From IMG/VR virus record IMGVR_UViG_3300037462_000297, positions 1-32,298 of that record: 32,298 nt of DNA; one strand, given 5' to 3'. The DNA comes from a virus (Duplodnaviria > Caudoviricetes). The notes under the pieces are model-generated. The model was not told the DNA's origin and did no database searches. It saw nothing but the letters and a program-made list of their open reading frames with translations. The first letter of the stretch is position 1, and each line of letters opens with the position of its first letter. Shown here in pieces: positions 1-9,057 of the stretch. Position numbers and translations under genes: made by a program.

Positions 1-1
1 G

Positions 2-556
2 AATCTGACGTATTCACCACCCAAACGGGCTAACTACATCCGAGCGGCTCAGCGGCAAAAAATTTACGATTGCAAACTTGCCACGCTCAGCCGCTGCCGT
101 GATATTGCGGTTTTCTTGATGCACACCGGCTTTAGCTATGTAGATTATTGCGAGCTAAGTAGCTCACACTTAGACGGGGAAATTTGGGTGAAACAAAGGG
201 CAAAATCAGATATTTGGTCGCTGCCACCGTTACTGCCTCAAGCGTATGAAATCATACAAAAATATGGGAGTATCGAAGCTCTGCCCCGCCCCGACCTTTC
301 GGACCTGAACAAGGAGTTGAAATTTTTGGGTGACGTGTGCGGACTAACTAAAGCTACGGTGGGGTTTAATCTTTCGACGTCGGTATTCAGAGAGACTTTC
401 GCCTCGATGATGGAGAATGAGTTTGGCTACAAACGCAGCGACATCAAATTTATGATGGGCCACACCAACGAGCGACAGCTCCGCAATTATTCGGAGATGC
501 AGCCCGGAACAATGCTCAGGAAATACCAGAAAAACGAAAATTTAAAAGCAGGGTAA
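2..556 (+). CDS. Tyrosine recombinase/integrase, C-terminal part (5'-truncated by the window)
   Basis: Frame is open from base 2 (NLTYSPPKR...RDIAVFLMHTGFSYVD). Box I-like TGFSYVD, box II-like LSTSVFRETFA and MMGH...NY match the Bacteroidota integrase pattern TGL(A/S)YxD...HxARHTFA...LGH...Y. Confidence 0.85.
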   Translation, partial: NLTYSPPKRANYIRAAQRQKIYDCKLATLSRCRDIAVFLMHTGFSYVDYCELSSSHLDGEIWVKQRAKSDIWSLPPLLPQAYEIIQKYGSIEALPRPDLSDLNKELKFLGDVCGLTKATVGFNLSTSVFRETFASMMENEFGYKRSDIKFMMGHTNERQLRNYSEMQPGTMLRKYQKNENLKAG

Positions 557-570
557 CCCCTGCTTTTTTT
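544..570. terminator. Bidirectional intrinsic terminator between the integrase and the convergent gene
   Basis: AAAAGCAGGG-TAAC-CCCTGCTTTTTTT hairpin with A/T tracts on both sides. Confidence 0.75.
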
Positions 571-1096
571 ACTTGAGTATCAATTCGGCGGCATTCATTA
601 TTATATATGACCGCTCTTCTTTGATTTCGTAATCGGAATACCCACTGTTTGTATATACCCTCATTTTCATGACGTATATTTTTGATAGTTTCCTTACATC
701 TTTTTCGGGGATGGCATAAAACATTGTAATACCTTCAGCTTCTGCACCTACAATTCCTTTAGCTCCACCGCCACGCGTTGTTATTCCTGATTCATTTGCC
801 CGCAGTGTCATCACCGAATTATCTTCCATCTTAAAAAGCAATTCGCTTCCTTCTGATATAGAAAAAATTTCTTGTGACAAACCCCTGTTAATCATTAACT
901 TTAATACAAAAGTATATCCACCACCTCGCTTCATAAATCTAAAGTAGGCAGTACCTTTCATGTTTGAAAAGAGGCGTTCTAAAGAAGTATCTTTTAAAGT
1001 ATCTCCCTTAAAATCATCAAATTTTACTTCTAACTCTTGAGAGTAAGTTGAAATTGACAACAATGATAAAATTGTGAGTAGAATAATTTTTTTCAT
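569..1096 (-). CDS. Secreted/periplasmic hypothetical protein (moron)
   Basis: Likely start ATG 1096 gives the signal peptide MKKIILLTILSLLSISTYS|Q; AT-rich; opposite strand to the late genes. Confidence 0.8.
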   Translation of the reverse strand: MKKIILLTILSLLSISTYSQELEVKFDDFKGDTLKDTSLERLFSNMKGTAYFRFMKRGGGYTFVLKLMINRGLSQEIFSISEGSELLFKMEDNSVMTLRANESGITTRGGGAKGIVGAEAEGITMFYAIPEKDVRKLSKIYVMKMRVYTNSGYSDYEIKEERSYIIMNAAELILK

Positions 1097-1122
1097 AAAG
1101 CATACGTCGTTAATGTGAAGCT

Positions 1123-1130
1123 CAAATATA
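1123..1130 (-). promoter_or_regulatory. Bacteroidota-type -7 promoter element for the moron gene
   Basis: TATATTTG on the minus strand (consensus TAnnTTTG), 27 nt upstream of ATG 1096. Confidence 0.5.
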
Positions 1131-1200
1131 AATAAAAAATATTTCTGAATTTTCAAAATTTATTATCTATCTTGCATATAGAATAAATAGACTTATACGG

Positions 1201-1234
1201 AAAAGCAAAGCCCCGATTAGCGGTCGGGGCAAAA
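1201..1234. terminator. GC-rich hairpin, possible terminator or insulator between divergent units
   Basis: GCCCCGATT-AGC-GGTCGGGGC flanked by A runs; T-rich tail on the minus strand. Confidence 0.45.
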
Positions 1235-1310
1235 GATAATGAAGAAAGGCGTGCATTGGCTGAACACTCAGCAAATGTATGCCTTTTTTTGCGAAATCTG
1301 GGTGTAGTTT

Positions 1311-1347
1311 TGTCCTTTTTTTTATGCGATTTTCCAAGAATCCCTTG
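1311..1347 (+). promoter_or_regulatory. Candidate phage late promoter, copy 1 (TGTCCTTT)
   Basis: TGTCCTTT at 1311-1318, then 21 nt, then ATCCCTTG; ATG at 1358. Confidence 0.45.
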
Positions 1348-1357
1348 CACTTTTCCA

Positions 1358-1822
1358 ATGCCAAAAATCACAATTCCGACCACTGAAGACAATTATCATT
1401 TTTTGAGGCTCTACCATCCGAAAGAAATCAAATTTATTATGACCGATGAAGTCGGTTTAATGCTCGGTGCCGTAATCCGTAGTCATGCAAATCACCTGAA
1501 GGTGAATCGCGATGCTAAGATTGACCGTAAGACATACCCGTGCGACATCGAGATTAATTACTCGGTGAAGCGGTTTGGGCGTAGCCGGGTTTCAAAAATC
1601 AGCCTTAGTACTGTTAAGGCCGTGAATTTTAAGATTAGGCGAATCACCCGCAATGCATTCTTTGAATATGCCCGGCTTGAAAAATTAAGACACCCAAGAA
1701 AATTAAATATTGATATAATTTCGGATTTCTGTCGAAGGTATGAGCTATCTGAAACGGGTGAACTGTTTGAGGCCTTGAAAAAATTTGAATATAGAAAACG
1801 TAAATCTCAAAAAGATGAATAG
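1358..1822 (+). CDS. Basic hypothetical protein, possible late transcription regulator
   Basis: Likely start MPKITIPTT; K/R-rich; helical C-terminus IISDFCRRYELSE...LKKFEYRKRK; first gene of the late block. Confidence 0.7.
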   Translation: MPKITIPTTEDNYHFLRLYHPKEIKFIMTDEVGLMLGAVIRSHANHLKVNRDAKIDRKTYPCDIEINYSVKRFGRSRVSKISLSTVKAVNFKIRRITRNAFFEYARLEKLRHPRKLNIDIISDFCRRYELSETGELFEALKKFEYRKRKSQKDE

Positions 1823-2678
1823 AAGTGCTATTTCGCCGCTCGATTACTCGCAGGATGTCAATGAGCATATAGGCGGCCTTCGCAGGCTCAGGCTTGCGTA
1901 CACAAAGAACATCATCGCCCAGAGGTGGGCGACGGAGACCGAAATCAAAACATCGGTGATTTTTAAGACAGCCGAAAGCTGGATTGCCGATTTTGCCGAC
2001 GGCGATTTTTCGGCCGGTCAATTCTCGATTGAGGAGCAGGTCGGAGAGTCGGGCAGGATGGAAATCGTTTCGCTCAAGGTTAATTTTGAAACCGGCCTAA
2101 CTACATCGGCATTTAGGCGATGGTATGATAAGAATCTGAAATCTCAAAAAATCTGCGTAGAAATCACCGACAATGATTGCAAGATTCGGGCGTTCAATCC
2201 GCTTGAAGTGACTTACAGATACATCAACTCGGGGACTGTCGCCGACACTAATAAATACGAGCTGACTTTTACAAGGGCAAAATTATCTGAGGGCAACTTC
2301 AATAAGATTATTAATGTATCTGTCTTTTGTAATGTTCAAGAAACGGGTGATGTCTCTATCCGTCTTCTAAAAAACAACAAAGCTGAATATCTTTTCGGAT
2401 ACTCTCTATATAATAATGTAGAGACAGTGGCCGAATGGTTCGATGGTAATGACCAGGCTATTTGGGGTGTACCATCGGGAAATTATTTTGGTTTTGCAAA
2501 ACACAAAACCAACGGCAGTATTTTGAATACTGAATTTAAAGTAGCCTGTACACTTTGCCGCCCAAAAATCGGCAGGGTAGTCGAAATTTTGCAATGTAAG
2601 CCCTCCATCGGGGCAGTCGTAGAAATCACTCCAACTATCAACAAATCTTACGATGCCATTCTGGGCGTCAATGTATAA
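1815..2678 (+). CDS. Hypothetical phage structural protein
   Basis: Likely start overlaps the upstream stop; beta-rich N-domain (IGGLRRLRLAY); C-terminal tandem CxPxIGxVVEI repeat. Confidence 0.7.
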   Translation: MNRSAISPLDYSQDVNEHIGGLRRLRLAYTKNIIAQRWATETEIKTSVIFKTAESWIADFADGDFSAGQFSIEEQVGESGRMEIVSLKVNFETGLTTSAFRRWYDKNLKSQKICVEITDNDCKIRAFNPLEVTYRYINSGTVADTNKYELTFTRAKLSEGNFNKIINVSVFCNVQETGDVSIRLLKNNKAEYLFGYSLYNNVETVAEWFDGNDQAIWGVPSGNYFGFAKHKTNGSILNTEFKVACTLCRPKIGRVVEILQCKPSIGAVVEITPTINKSYDAILGVNV

Positions 2679-2680
2679 TC

Positions 2681-4315
2681 ATGGCAATTACACAATTCTT
2701 GACACGAGAAGATGTAATCAACTCGTTCAAACTGCCAAGTTCTCAGGCAGTTGGCAAAATTTATACTGACCTCGAACCCGCAAACGGTGTGAGATTTTGG
2801 CTCGACCCAGTTCGGAGCATCAACCCAAGCCCTACAAAGTGGTATGGTCTGAAAAATTACAAGGGCAAAAACTGGACTTTTCAGGCATCAGCACAGTTTA
2901 CGATTATCAATTTATTGCCGATTCAAGATAAAAGAATCGGTTGGAAAGATGGTCTCGCAGTTGAATTGTTAGCTGAGGGATTACTGCAAATGGAGGATGC
3001 CGCTGCGGCTGGAGCTAACTTTTACGTTTTTTCGCTACCTCTGGATGCAGTTATCAAAAACATTGACGAGTTGAACAATAACACGGGAGATTGGAGTAAG
3101 ATTGATACAATTATCGCTCGTGCTAATCAATTATTTCCCGAAATAGCTATCAATATAAGAGCAGATTACGATGATTCTAATTATTATGATGCTTCGGGTA
3201 ATCCTAAGTCCAATCCAACTTTTGATTTGTTTAACGATATATGTCAAGACGAGTGGGGTAATCCTGCAAGGATTGGGTATGGCTCCGGTCATGCTTGTTT
3301 TGCAAAAGAAACCTCCGTCAATAAGGTCAAAAGGTTTGTACAGCTTGCCTTACAAAGATATTTCCCGATTCTGGGGGAAAAACTCGTTTGGATTAGTATT
3401 CCTACATCTGCACAACATGAAATGGGCTTCAACTACGAAAATGAGACCTTTCTAAACGATGGCAGCAAAACCCCTGCAATGCGTGCTATTTTTGATTATC
3501 ACCCACAAAGTGTTGTAAAGTTTAAGAGTTGGGTACAGTCTCGATATAGGACTTTAGCAGAGGCAAGCCGTGTACACGGTATTAACTACACAAGCTGGGA
3601 CCAAGTGCAGCCACCGAAGACAGGAAAAGCATCGATTACCGATACTACATCGGCTGACTTTGACGTATTATACCGTACAAATTTAGGCGTTGATTGGTAT
3701 TTGTTCAACTCAGAGCAACAGCATGGGTTTTGGTTACAAATCAAAGAAGTAATTAATCAGTACGCACCGGGTGTGGGTTTCTGTGGTGAGTTTGGCTCAG
3801 TGAGCGACCCGCTCGTTTTGTATAGAGGAACCGCCGACCTAAATGCTCATAATCAATTGTTTGAATTTCTAAAAACTCAATTCCAGAGTCGTAATTTTTT
3901 CGGGCAGCCTGATTATTCGGCCGATTATATACGTTCAAATGCTACAAACATAATTCAAAGCGAAATAAATGCAAATGACGTAAGAACAATGTCTAACTAC
4001 TCAATCACTGACCCCGACCAAGTGAAATCAATCATGTATACCATGATGCGTGATGTCATTCACAATAATGGAGAGCCAATTTTTATTGACAGACCCGGTT
4101 CGCCGTACTATCAAAATACGCTAAATTTAATTGCTCAAACCAATGAGTATATTACTAACAACCCGAACGCTGGCGTAACGATAGGGCAATCAATAACGGT
4201 AACGCTTCGTGATATGATTCAGAATTACGAAAGCGTAATTGCCGCATGGCGTGCGGCTGGAGCGACGATTGACTACGAAAACAAGGTCAATGTAAAACTA
4301 ATTTCGAACCTTTAA
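2681..4315 (+). CDS. Glycoside hydrolase, GH42/beta-galactosidase-like (clan GH-A TIM barrel)
   Basis: WSKIDTIIARA, QHEMG, FDYHPQSVVKFKSWVQSRYRTLAEASRVHGINYTSWDQVQPP and DWYLF resemble GH42 catalytic-domain motifs; no signal peptide. Confidence 0.7.
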   Translation: MAITQFLTREDVINSFKLPSSQAVGKIYTDLEPANGVRFWLDPVRSINPSPTKWYGLKNYKGKNWTFQASAQFTIINLLPIQDKRIGWKDGLAVELLAEGLLQMEDAAAAGANFYVFSLPLDAVIKNIDELNNNTGDWSKIDTIIARANQLFPEIAINIRADYDDSNYYDASGNPKSNPTFDLFNDICQDEWGNPARIGYGSGHACFAKETSVNKVKRFVQLALQRYFPILGEKLVWISIPTSAQHEMGFNYENETFLNDGSKTPAMRAIFDYHPQSVVKFKSWVQSRYRTLAEASRVHGINYTSWDQVQPPKTGKASITDTTSADFDVLYRTNLGVDWYLFNSEQQHGFWLQIKEVINQYAPGVGFCGEFGSVSDPLVLYRGTADLNAHNQLFEFLKTQFQSRNFFGQPDYSADYIRSNATNIIQSEINANDVRTMSNYSITDPDQVKSIMYTMMRDVIHNNGEPIFIDRPGSPYYQNTLNLIAQTNEYITNNPNAGVTIGQSITVTLRDMIQNYESVIAAWRAAGATIDYENKVNVKLISNL

Positions 4316-4327
4316 AATTACAAAATC

Positions 4328-6100
4328 ATGCAAATCGAATTTCAAGCAGCTTCGCATAGCGTAACAGAGGCCAACACAATAATCGTATCGCAGCAACAAG
4401 TAACGGGCATTGTACCAGTGTATTACGAGCTAAAGCGAGTCTCTAATAATCAGACGATTATAAAAAATTTTAATACTCAGGGCGGTTATCGAGGCTCGAA
4501 TAACCATCCCGCCGAATGGAAGATTATGCTCGAAGAAGGCGAATACGAAATAACGTTCAAGCAGCTTAATCGTAACCGTCTGAGAGTTCCGGTTTTTATT
4601 TACAAGGCGGACGGCAGTAATACGAATGATTCTAATGCTCAGTATCGCTTATTTTATTGTCGTCCCGGGCAGGAGGTTACTTTTCGTTTCAATATCGAGG
4701 CATACAACCCCAACAGCACGCAGTACTACAAATTTCAGATAAATGCTTGGTGGATTAATCCAAGTACGGGTATGTTTTCGGTCGTAAATCCATCCCCCCC
4801 AAGTTCTATTGAATTGGCGGACAGAACTGAGAATCAGTATTATATTCAGGATTACATACAATTGAGCTACGAAAATAATGAAGTGCGGTGGAATAATGAC
4901 GATGTACCAGTACTGCCTCAGACAATCGGGGCTTACACTTCTCGTCGAGCGAGAATCCCGAATACGCCTACAATCGAGGTTATACACCCAAACATAAACG
5001 GCGGAGTAGCCCAGCAAGTTGCTAACCCGTTTTATCAAAATACCGTAGGTGTACCCGATGCCCCAGCTATTCTTTCGCCCGCCTCAATAGGATTAGGCTC
5101 GACAATCAACGGTACAACTACCGACTATACCAATACCATTTTGGTTTTTAGGGGAAACGAGCAGATTGCAACCGTTGTGCCAACCCAGAGTATGGGGAAC
5201 AACGGCACGTGGTCTTTTAGGCCTACAACAACGGAATCTTATAAGTTTAGGGCAAAGAAAAACAACAACGAGTCACAGTTTTCGACGACCGTTGCTGTTA
5301 CTCAGGCTTGTAACCTCACAAACGACCAAAATATTGCACTCTTAAACGCAAATAGTCAATTTCTAAGAGCAAAAACTTTTGATGGTGGGCTGAAATTTTA
5401 CCTTATCAAAGTCATCACAGAGAATCCGTTGAGCTTTGAAGTAAGGGGCAAAAACCTGTTGAACACTACAATGGTTACGGCAGTCGGAGGACTTAATTTG
5501 TCCAACTTGGTTAACTGTTTTGCAAATGCCGAAACAAACCAAGCGGGGCTTGATTATGACACGACATTCGTTACACCAGCCGGCTATACAAACAATGCTG
5601 GGATATACACCCAAGTTGTGCAACCAGCTCCGGCAGCTCCTGTGCCCGGTGCTGCAACCGGAACACAAAATGTGGTTTTTAACGGCACGGCCAATCAACC
5701 CGGAACAATTCTGATTTTTAAAGATGGTGGGGTTACTCCGATTCAATCGGTTCAGACGGCGTTTGTAGATAACCGCTGGGCGTTTACGCCTGTTGCAGCA
5801 GGGATATATCGTTTCAAAAATCAAAATGACAATGGTTTATCACCGTTCTCGACCGATGTTGTAATCAATCCCGAAAATACGCAGACAACTCGCATTTTTA
5901 CCGTTCAGAACGTAGTATATTGCGATATTTCGCCCGCAAATGTGCAAATTGGAATTGGGCTTACCGCCGCTGCGGTGGCAAACTGGACCGATGGAATCGT
6001 AATTGAAGTACCTGTTTTGATTGAGGTCGGAACTAAGGCTTTCATCCGAGATAAGACTCGCACAAACATTGTTTCGGACGGTGTATTGTTGCCAATTTAA
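4328..6100 (+). CDS. Ig-like repeat, beta-rich protein (putative virion decoration or adhesin)
   Basis: Two homologous ~80-aa repeats (AP...NGT...TIL(V/I)F...W(S/A)FxP...Y(K/R)F...SxFSTxV); T/N/V-rich. Confidence 0.7.
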   Translation: MQIEFQAASHSVTEANTIIVSQQQVTGIVPVYYELKRVSNNQTIIKNFNTQGGYRGSNNHPAEWKIMLEEGEYEITFKQLNRNRLRVPVFIYKADGSNTNDSNAQYRLFYCRPGQEVTFRFNIEAYNPNSTQYYKFQINAWWINPSTGMFSVVNPSPPSSIELADRTENQYYIQDYIQLSYENNEVRWNNDDVPVLPQTIGAYTSRRARIPNTPTIEVIHPNINGGVAQQVANPFYQNTVGVPDAPAILSPASIGLGSTINGTTTDYTNTILVFRGNEQIATVVPTQSMGNNGTWSFRPTTTESYKFRAKKNNNESQFSTTVAVTQACNLTNDQNIALLNANSQFLRAKTFDGGLKFYLIKVITENPLSFEVRGKNLLNTTMVTAVGGLNLSNLVNCFANAETNQAGLDYDTTFVTPAGYTNNAGIYTQVVQPAPAAPVPGAATGTQNVVFNGTANQPGTILIFKDGGVTPIQSVQTAFVDNRWAFTPVAAGIYRFKNQNDNGLSPFSTDVVINPENTQTTRIFTVQNVVYCDISPANVQIGIGLTAAAVANWTDGIVIEVPVLIEVGTKAFIRDKTRTNIVSDGVLLPI

Positions 6101-6125
6101 GCTTTTTACTCATATTGCATATCAC

Positions 6126-6154
6126 AAAAAGGCACTCACTTGAGTGCCTTTTTT
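6126..6154 (+). terminator. Intrinsic terminator
   Basis: AAAAAGGCACTCA-CT-TGAGTGCCTTTTTT. Confidence 0.8.
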
Positions 6155-6189
6155 GTCCTTTCTACTTGTTTTTTTGGCTTTCATGTTTG
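6154..6189 (+). promoter_or_regulatory. Candidate phage late promoter, copy 2
   Basis: TGTCCTTT-N20-CATGTTTG-N4-ATG (6194). Confidence 0.6.
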
Positions 6190-6193
6190 TAGC

Positions 6194-7549
6194 ATGAAAC
6201 GACCAAATTTCTTACTTCTTTCGGCAATTGCCCGTGGTAATTGGCACATCCATCAAGCAAGTGGTATTGGACTGATGCCTCTGGCTATATCATTTATGAC
6301 AAATCAGATTCAGGCTTATGATGATGATGATTTTTCAAAGCGTGACACGTCAAAAATCAGCGAAAGAGGGCAAAGATTTGTCGAAAATTTTAACGCATAT
6401 AGTCCAGAGCCTTACGTATCAACCGCTGACACTTGGTATTATGACCATTTCCCGGTGAAGCTGGGAAATGTGCTTGTCATTCCTGTCATCGGGGCAATCA
6501 CACAAGAGGATTATTGCGGTACTGCTGGCACAAAAACTATCATTGGCTGGTACGAAAAAGCCAAAGCCGACAAAAGTATTCAATCTATACTTGAGGTCAA
6601 AAATACGCCTGGAGGCGACGTGCTTGGAACAGGTGCATTTGCGGATTACAAAATCGGTTATCCAAAACCAATTGTAGGATTCTGCGAAGGAATGGAGTGT
6701 TCGGCAGGAATGTATATCGGTGCCGGGGATGATTATAAGTTTGCTACACGTGATTCTATCGTAGGGTCGATTGGCGTAATGACAACCTTCGTAAACTGGA
6801 AAGGGTGGTATGAAAAAAATGGAATAAAGGTAGAATCTCTCTACTCAAAAGAATCTCCATTAAAAAATGATGCCTATCGGAAAGCTGTTGAGGGCGACTT
6901 CAAAGGCTATACGGATGGTATTCTTTTCAAGTTTGACAGCTCATTCATGGAGTTTATTCAAACGCAAAGACCAAACGCCTCTAAGAAGGCTCTTCAAGGT
7001 GCCGAATTCATCGGCAAGGAAGCAATAGAAGCGGGGCTTATCGACGAAATTGGCAGTTTTGAAGCTGCTTATCAAAAAGCATTGTCGATGAAAGAAAAAT
7101 CCCAAAAATCAGCAATTAACCAAAATTCAAATATGAAAACTGTTAAAATGAACGTACCAAGTTTCTTGGTCGGTGGGCTAAAAATAGCGGGTGCTACCGA
7201 GATAGAAAATGGTGACGGAGAAGACAACAATGATGCCCAAGCAGAGGGGTCTGAAACTGCAACTGGCGAACAAGCTGAGGGTTCTAAGACAAAACCTGAA
7301 GGAAATCAACAGCCTGCTACTCCACCACAACAACCAGCACAGGCCGCTGAAGAATCACCTGAGTTTAAGGCTATGCAACAGATGAATGCTAACCTTATGG
7401 CTGAAATCGCTGAGTTGAAAAAAACAGCTACGGGAAAGGTAACGCCACGAGCGGATGCTGATGCCCCGATTCAGGTTAAGGGCAAAGAAGAAGAACCCAA
7501 ACTCATGACGGGTAGTGATTTCATTGCTGCCTCTATGGGTATCGTATAG
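6194..7549 (+). CDS. S49 (SppA/ClpP-like) head maturation protease with C-terminal scaffold-like region
   Basis: VIPVIGAI, NTPGG, CSAGMYIG and VGSIGV motifs; acidic, low-complexity and coiled-coil C-terminus; directly upstream of the capsid gene. Confidence 0.88.
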   Translation: MKRPNFLLLSAIARGNWHIHQASGIGLMPLAISFMTNQIQAYDDDDFSKRDTSKISERGQRFVENFNAYSPEPYVSTADTWYYDHFPVKLGNVLVIPVIGAITQEDYCGTAGTKTIIGWYEKAKADKSIQSILEVKNTPGGDVLGTGAFADYKIGYPKPIVGFCEGMECSAGMYIGAGDDYKFATRDSIVGSIGVMTTFVNWKGWYEKNGIKVESLYSKESPLKNDAYRKAVEGDFKGYTDGILFKFDSSFMEFIQTQRPNASKKALQGAEFIGKEAIEAGLIDEIGSFEAAYQKALSMKEKSQKSAINQNSNMKTVKMNVPSFLVGGLKIAGATEIENGDGEDNNDAQAEGSETATGEQAEGSKTKPEGNQQPATPPQQPAQAAEESPEFKAMQQMNANLMAEIAELKKTATGKVTPRADADAPIQVKGKEEEPKLMTGSDFIAASMGIV

Positions 7550-7608
7550 TAAGCTAAATCCACACAGCTACTTACATTTTTTCACACATTTATTAAACAT
7601 TCACACAA

Positions 7609-8589
7609 ATGGTCATTACACCAGCCAAGCTGATTGCCGAATATGGGCAACACTTCAAAGAAGGCACTATCACCACTCAAAACTTGCACAAACAAATCTT
7701 TGTGCCATCGGAAACGAAGGTTTTATTCTCACCTAAGCCGACGAAAAACACAAGGATTGACAACATCAACACCTCGCTAACGCAAGTTTTGCAGCCATTC
7801 CACGCTAAGTTTTCGCACCTTGGCTCTCTTGATTTCGACCCGAATCCGTTCAATCTGGACCGAGTAAAAATCAACGTGAGCATGAAACCCGATGATTTGG
7901 CCGCAACAGCTTTAGATTTTTGGGTTCAAAAAGGCGTAGACCGTACTCAAGCACCTATCGTAGCTCAAATTTCTGAATTCCTGATTGCTAAAGCTCAGGA
8001 AGACGACGAAACAATCACGACATTTTTTGGCGTCAAATCGCTGCCGGCTAATGCCAGTACTGGCGTTGCTGGTACGCCTCTCATGGCCCGTGATGGCTTG
8101 CGAAAAATCTTACGTGATTACAACACGGCGGGTGCTTTTGCTCCGCTTAGCTCGACAATCGCAATGGGAGCTGTACCAACTGACCCTATTCTTTTTGTAG
8201 ATTATATCGAAACTTTCTATTATTCGATTCCCGAGAAATACAGAAAGTTTATCAAAAAGATTGTGATGAGCCGCACGCTTGAAACTCGCTTCAAACGGGG
8301 TATGCGTAAAAAATACGACGTCAATTATGACCAAACTGGCGATAAGAAATCCTATATCATCGACACTATGTGTCAGGTCGTGGGTGTGATGTCCCAAGAA
8401 GGTTCGCCGCTCATCTGGACGACCGTAGAGGGTAATGCGGTAGGTTTCATTAAAGGGGCTGAAAATCAAAATGTTTTTGACCTCGAAAAACATGAAATCT
8501 ACAATGTGTTGTTTGCAACCGACTGGTATGAGGGCTACAACTTCATTAACCCAGCTTGGGTGTGGAACAACGGCCAAGACTTGGCTTAA
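7609..8589 (+). CDS. Major capsid protein (putative)
   Basis: 326 aa, follows the protease, ends before a terminator; size and position fit an HK97-fold capsid. Confidence 0.75.
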   Translation: MVITPAKLIAEYGQHFKEGTITTQNLHKQIFVPSETKVLFSPKPTKNTRIDNINTSLTQVLQPFHAKFSHLGSLDFDPNPFNLDRVKINVSMKPDDLAATALDFWVQKGVDRTQAPIVAQISEFLIAKAQEDDETITTFFGVKSLPANASTGVAGTPLMARDGLRKILRDYNTAGAFAPLSSTIAMGAVPTDPILFVDYIETFYYSIPEKYRKFIKKIVMSRTLETRFKRGMRKKYDVNYDQTGDKKSYIIDTMCQVVGVMSQEGSPLIWTTVEGNAVGFIKGAENQNVFDLEKHEIYNVLFATDWYEGYNFINPAWVWNNGQDLA

Positions 8590-8610
8590 TAGTTAATCTT
8601 TGAAACTTAC

Positions 8611-8633
8611 AGGCTACTCTTTTGAGTAGCCTT
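8611..8633 (+). terminator. Hairpin after the capsid gene
   Basis: AGGCTACTC-TTTT-GAGTAGCCT; weak U tail. Confidence 0.55.
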
Positions 8634-8650
8634 CAATCTTAAATATTCAA

Positions 8651-8989
8651 ATGAAAAAGGAAGAACTTGCAGGTAAGACTATCGAAGAACTTACCAAAAT
8701 TATCGAGGAACAGAACAAAAACATAGAGGGGGCTAAGTCCGAAATCTCTAAGTTGAAAGAAAAGGTTTCGCAAAAAACCGAAGGCGGATTGCCTGTCGTG
8801 AAGTATAACGATGAGAATTATGTTTTCATCGCCCCGAGCTTCAGTATTCCAGGCGTGGATGAAACCCCAGCCACTAATTATACTGCGGTTGAAGCTGCTA
8901 AAAACGAAGAGGTAATCAAATACCTCGTAGAAAGCAAATCGGGCATTTTGGTTAAAAAAACAACCGAAAAGGGCGATAAAAAAGCCTAA
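8651..8989 (+). CDS. Hypothetical protein with N-terminal coiled coil (head-associated?)
   Basis: ORF with an AT-rich leader; lies between capsid and tail tube genes. Confidence 0.7.
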   Translation: MKKEELAGKTIEELTKIIEEQNKNIEGAKSEISKLKEKVSQKTEGGLPVVKYNDENYVFIAPSFSIPGVDETPATNYTAVEAAKNEEVIKYLVESKSGILVKKTTEKGDKKA

Positions 8990-9057
8990 TCTTACTCTTG
9001 TTTTAAGGGCTAACACATCTGTTTATTGTTTTTTTTCACACAATTAATTTTAAAAAA

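Noticed and set aside
41-100. GC-rich GCTCAGC repeats near the window start as an att site
   Set aside because: They lie inside the open integrase reading frame and no partner site was seen
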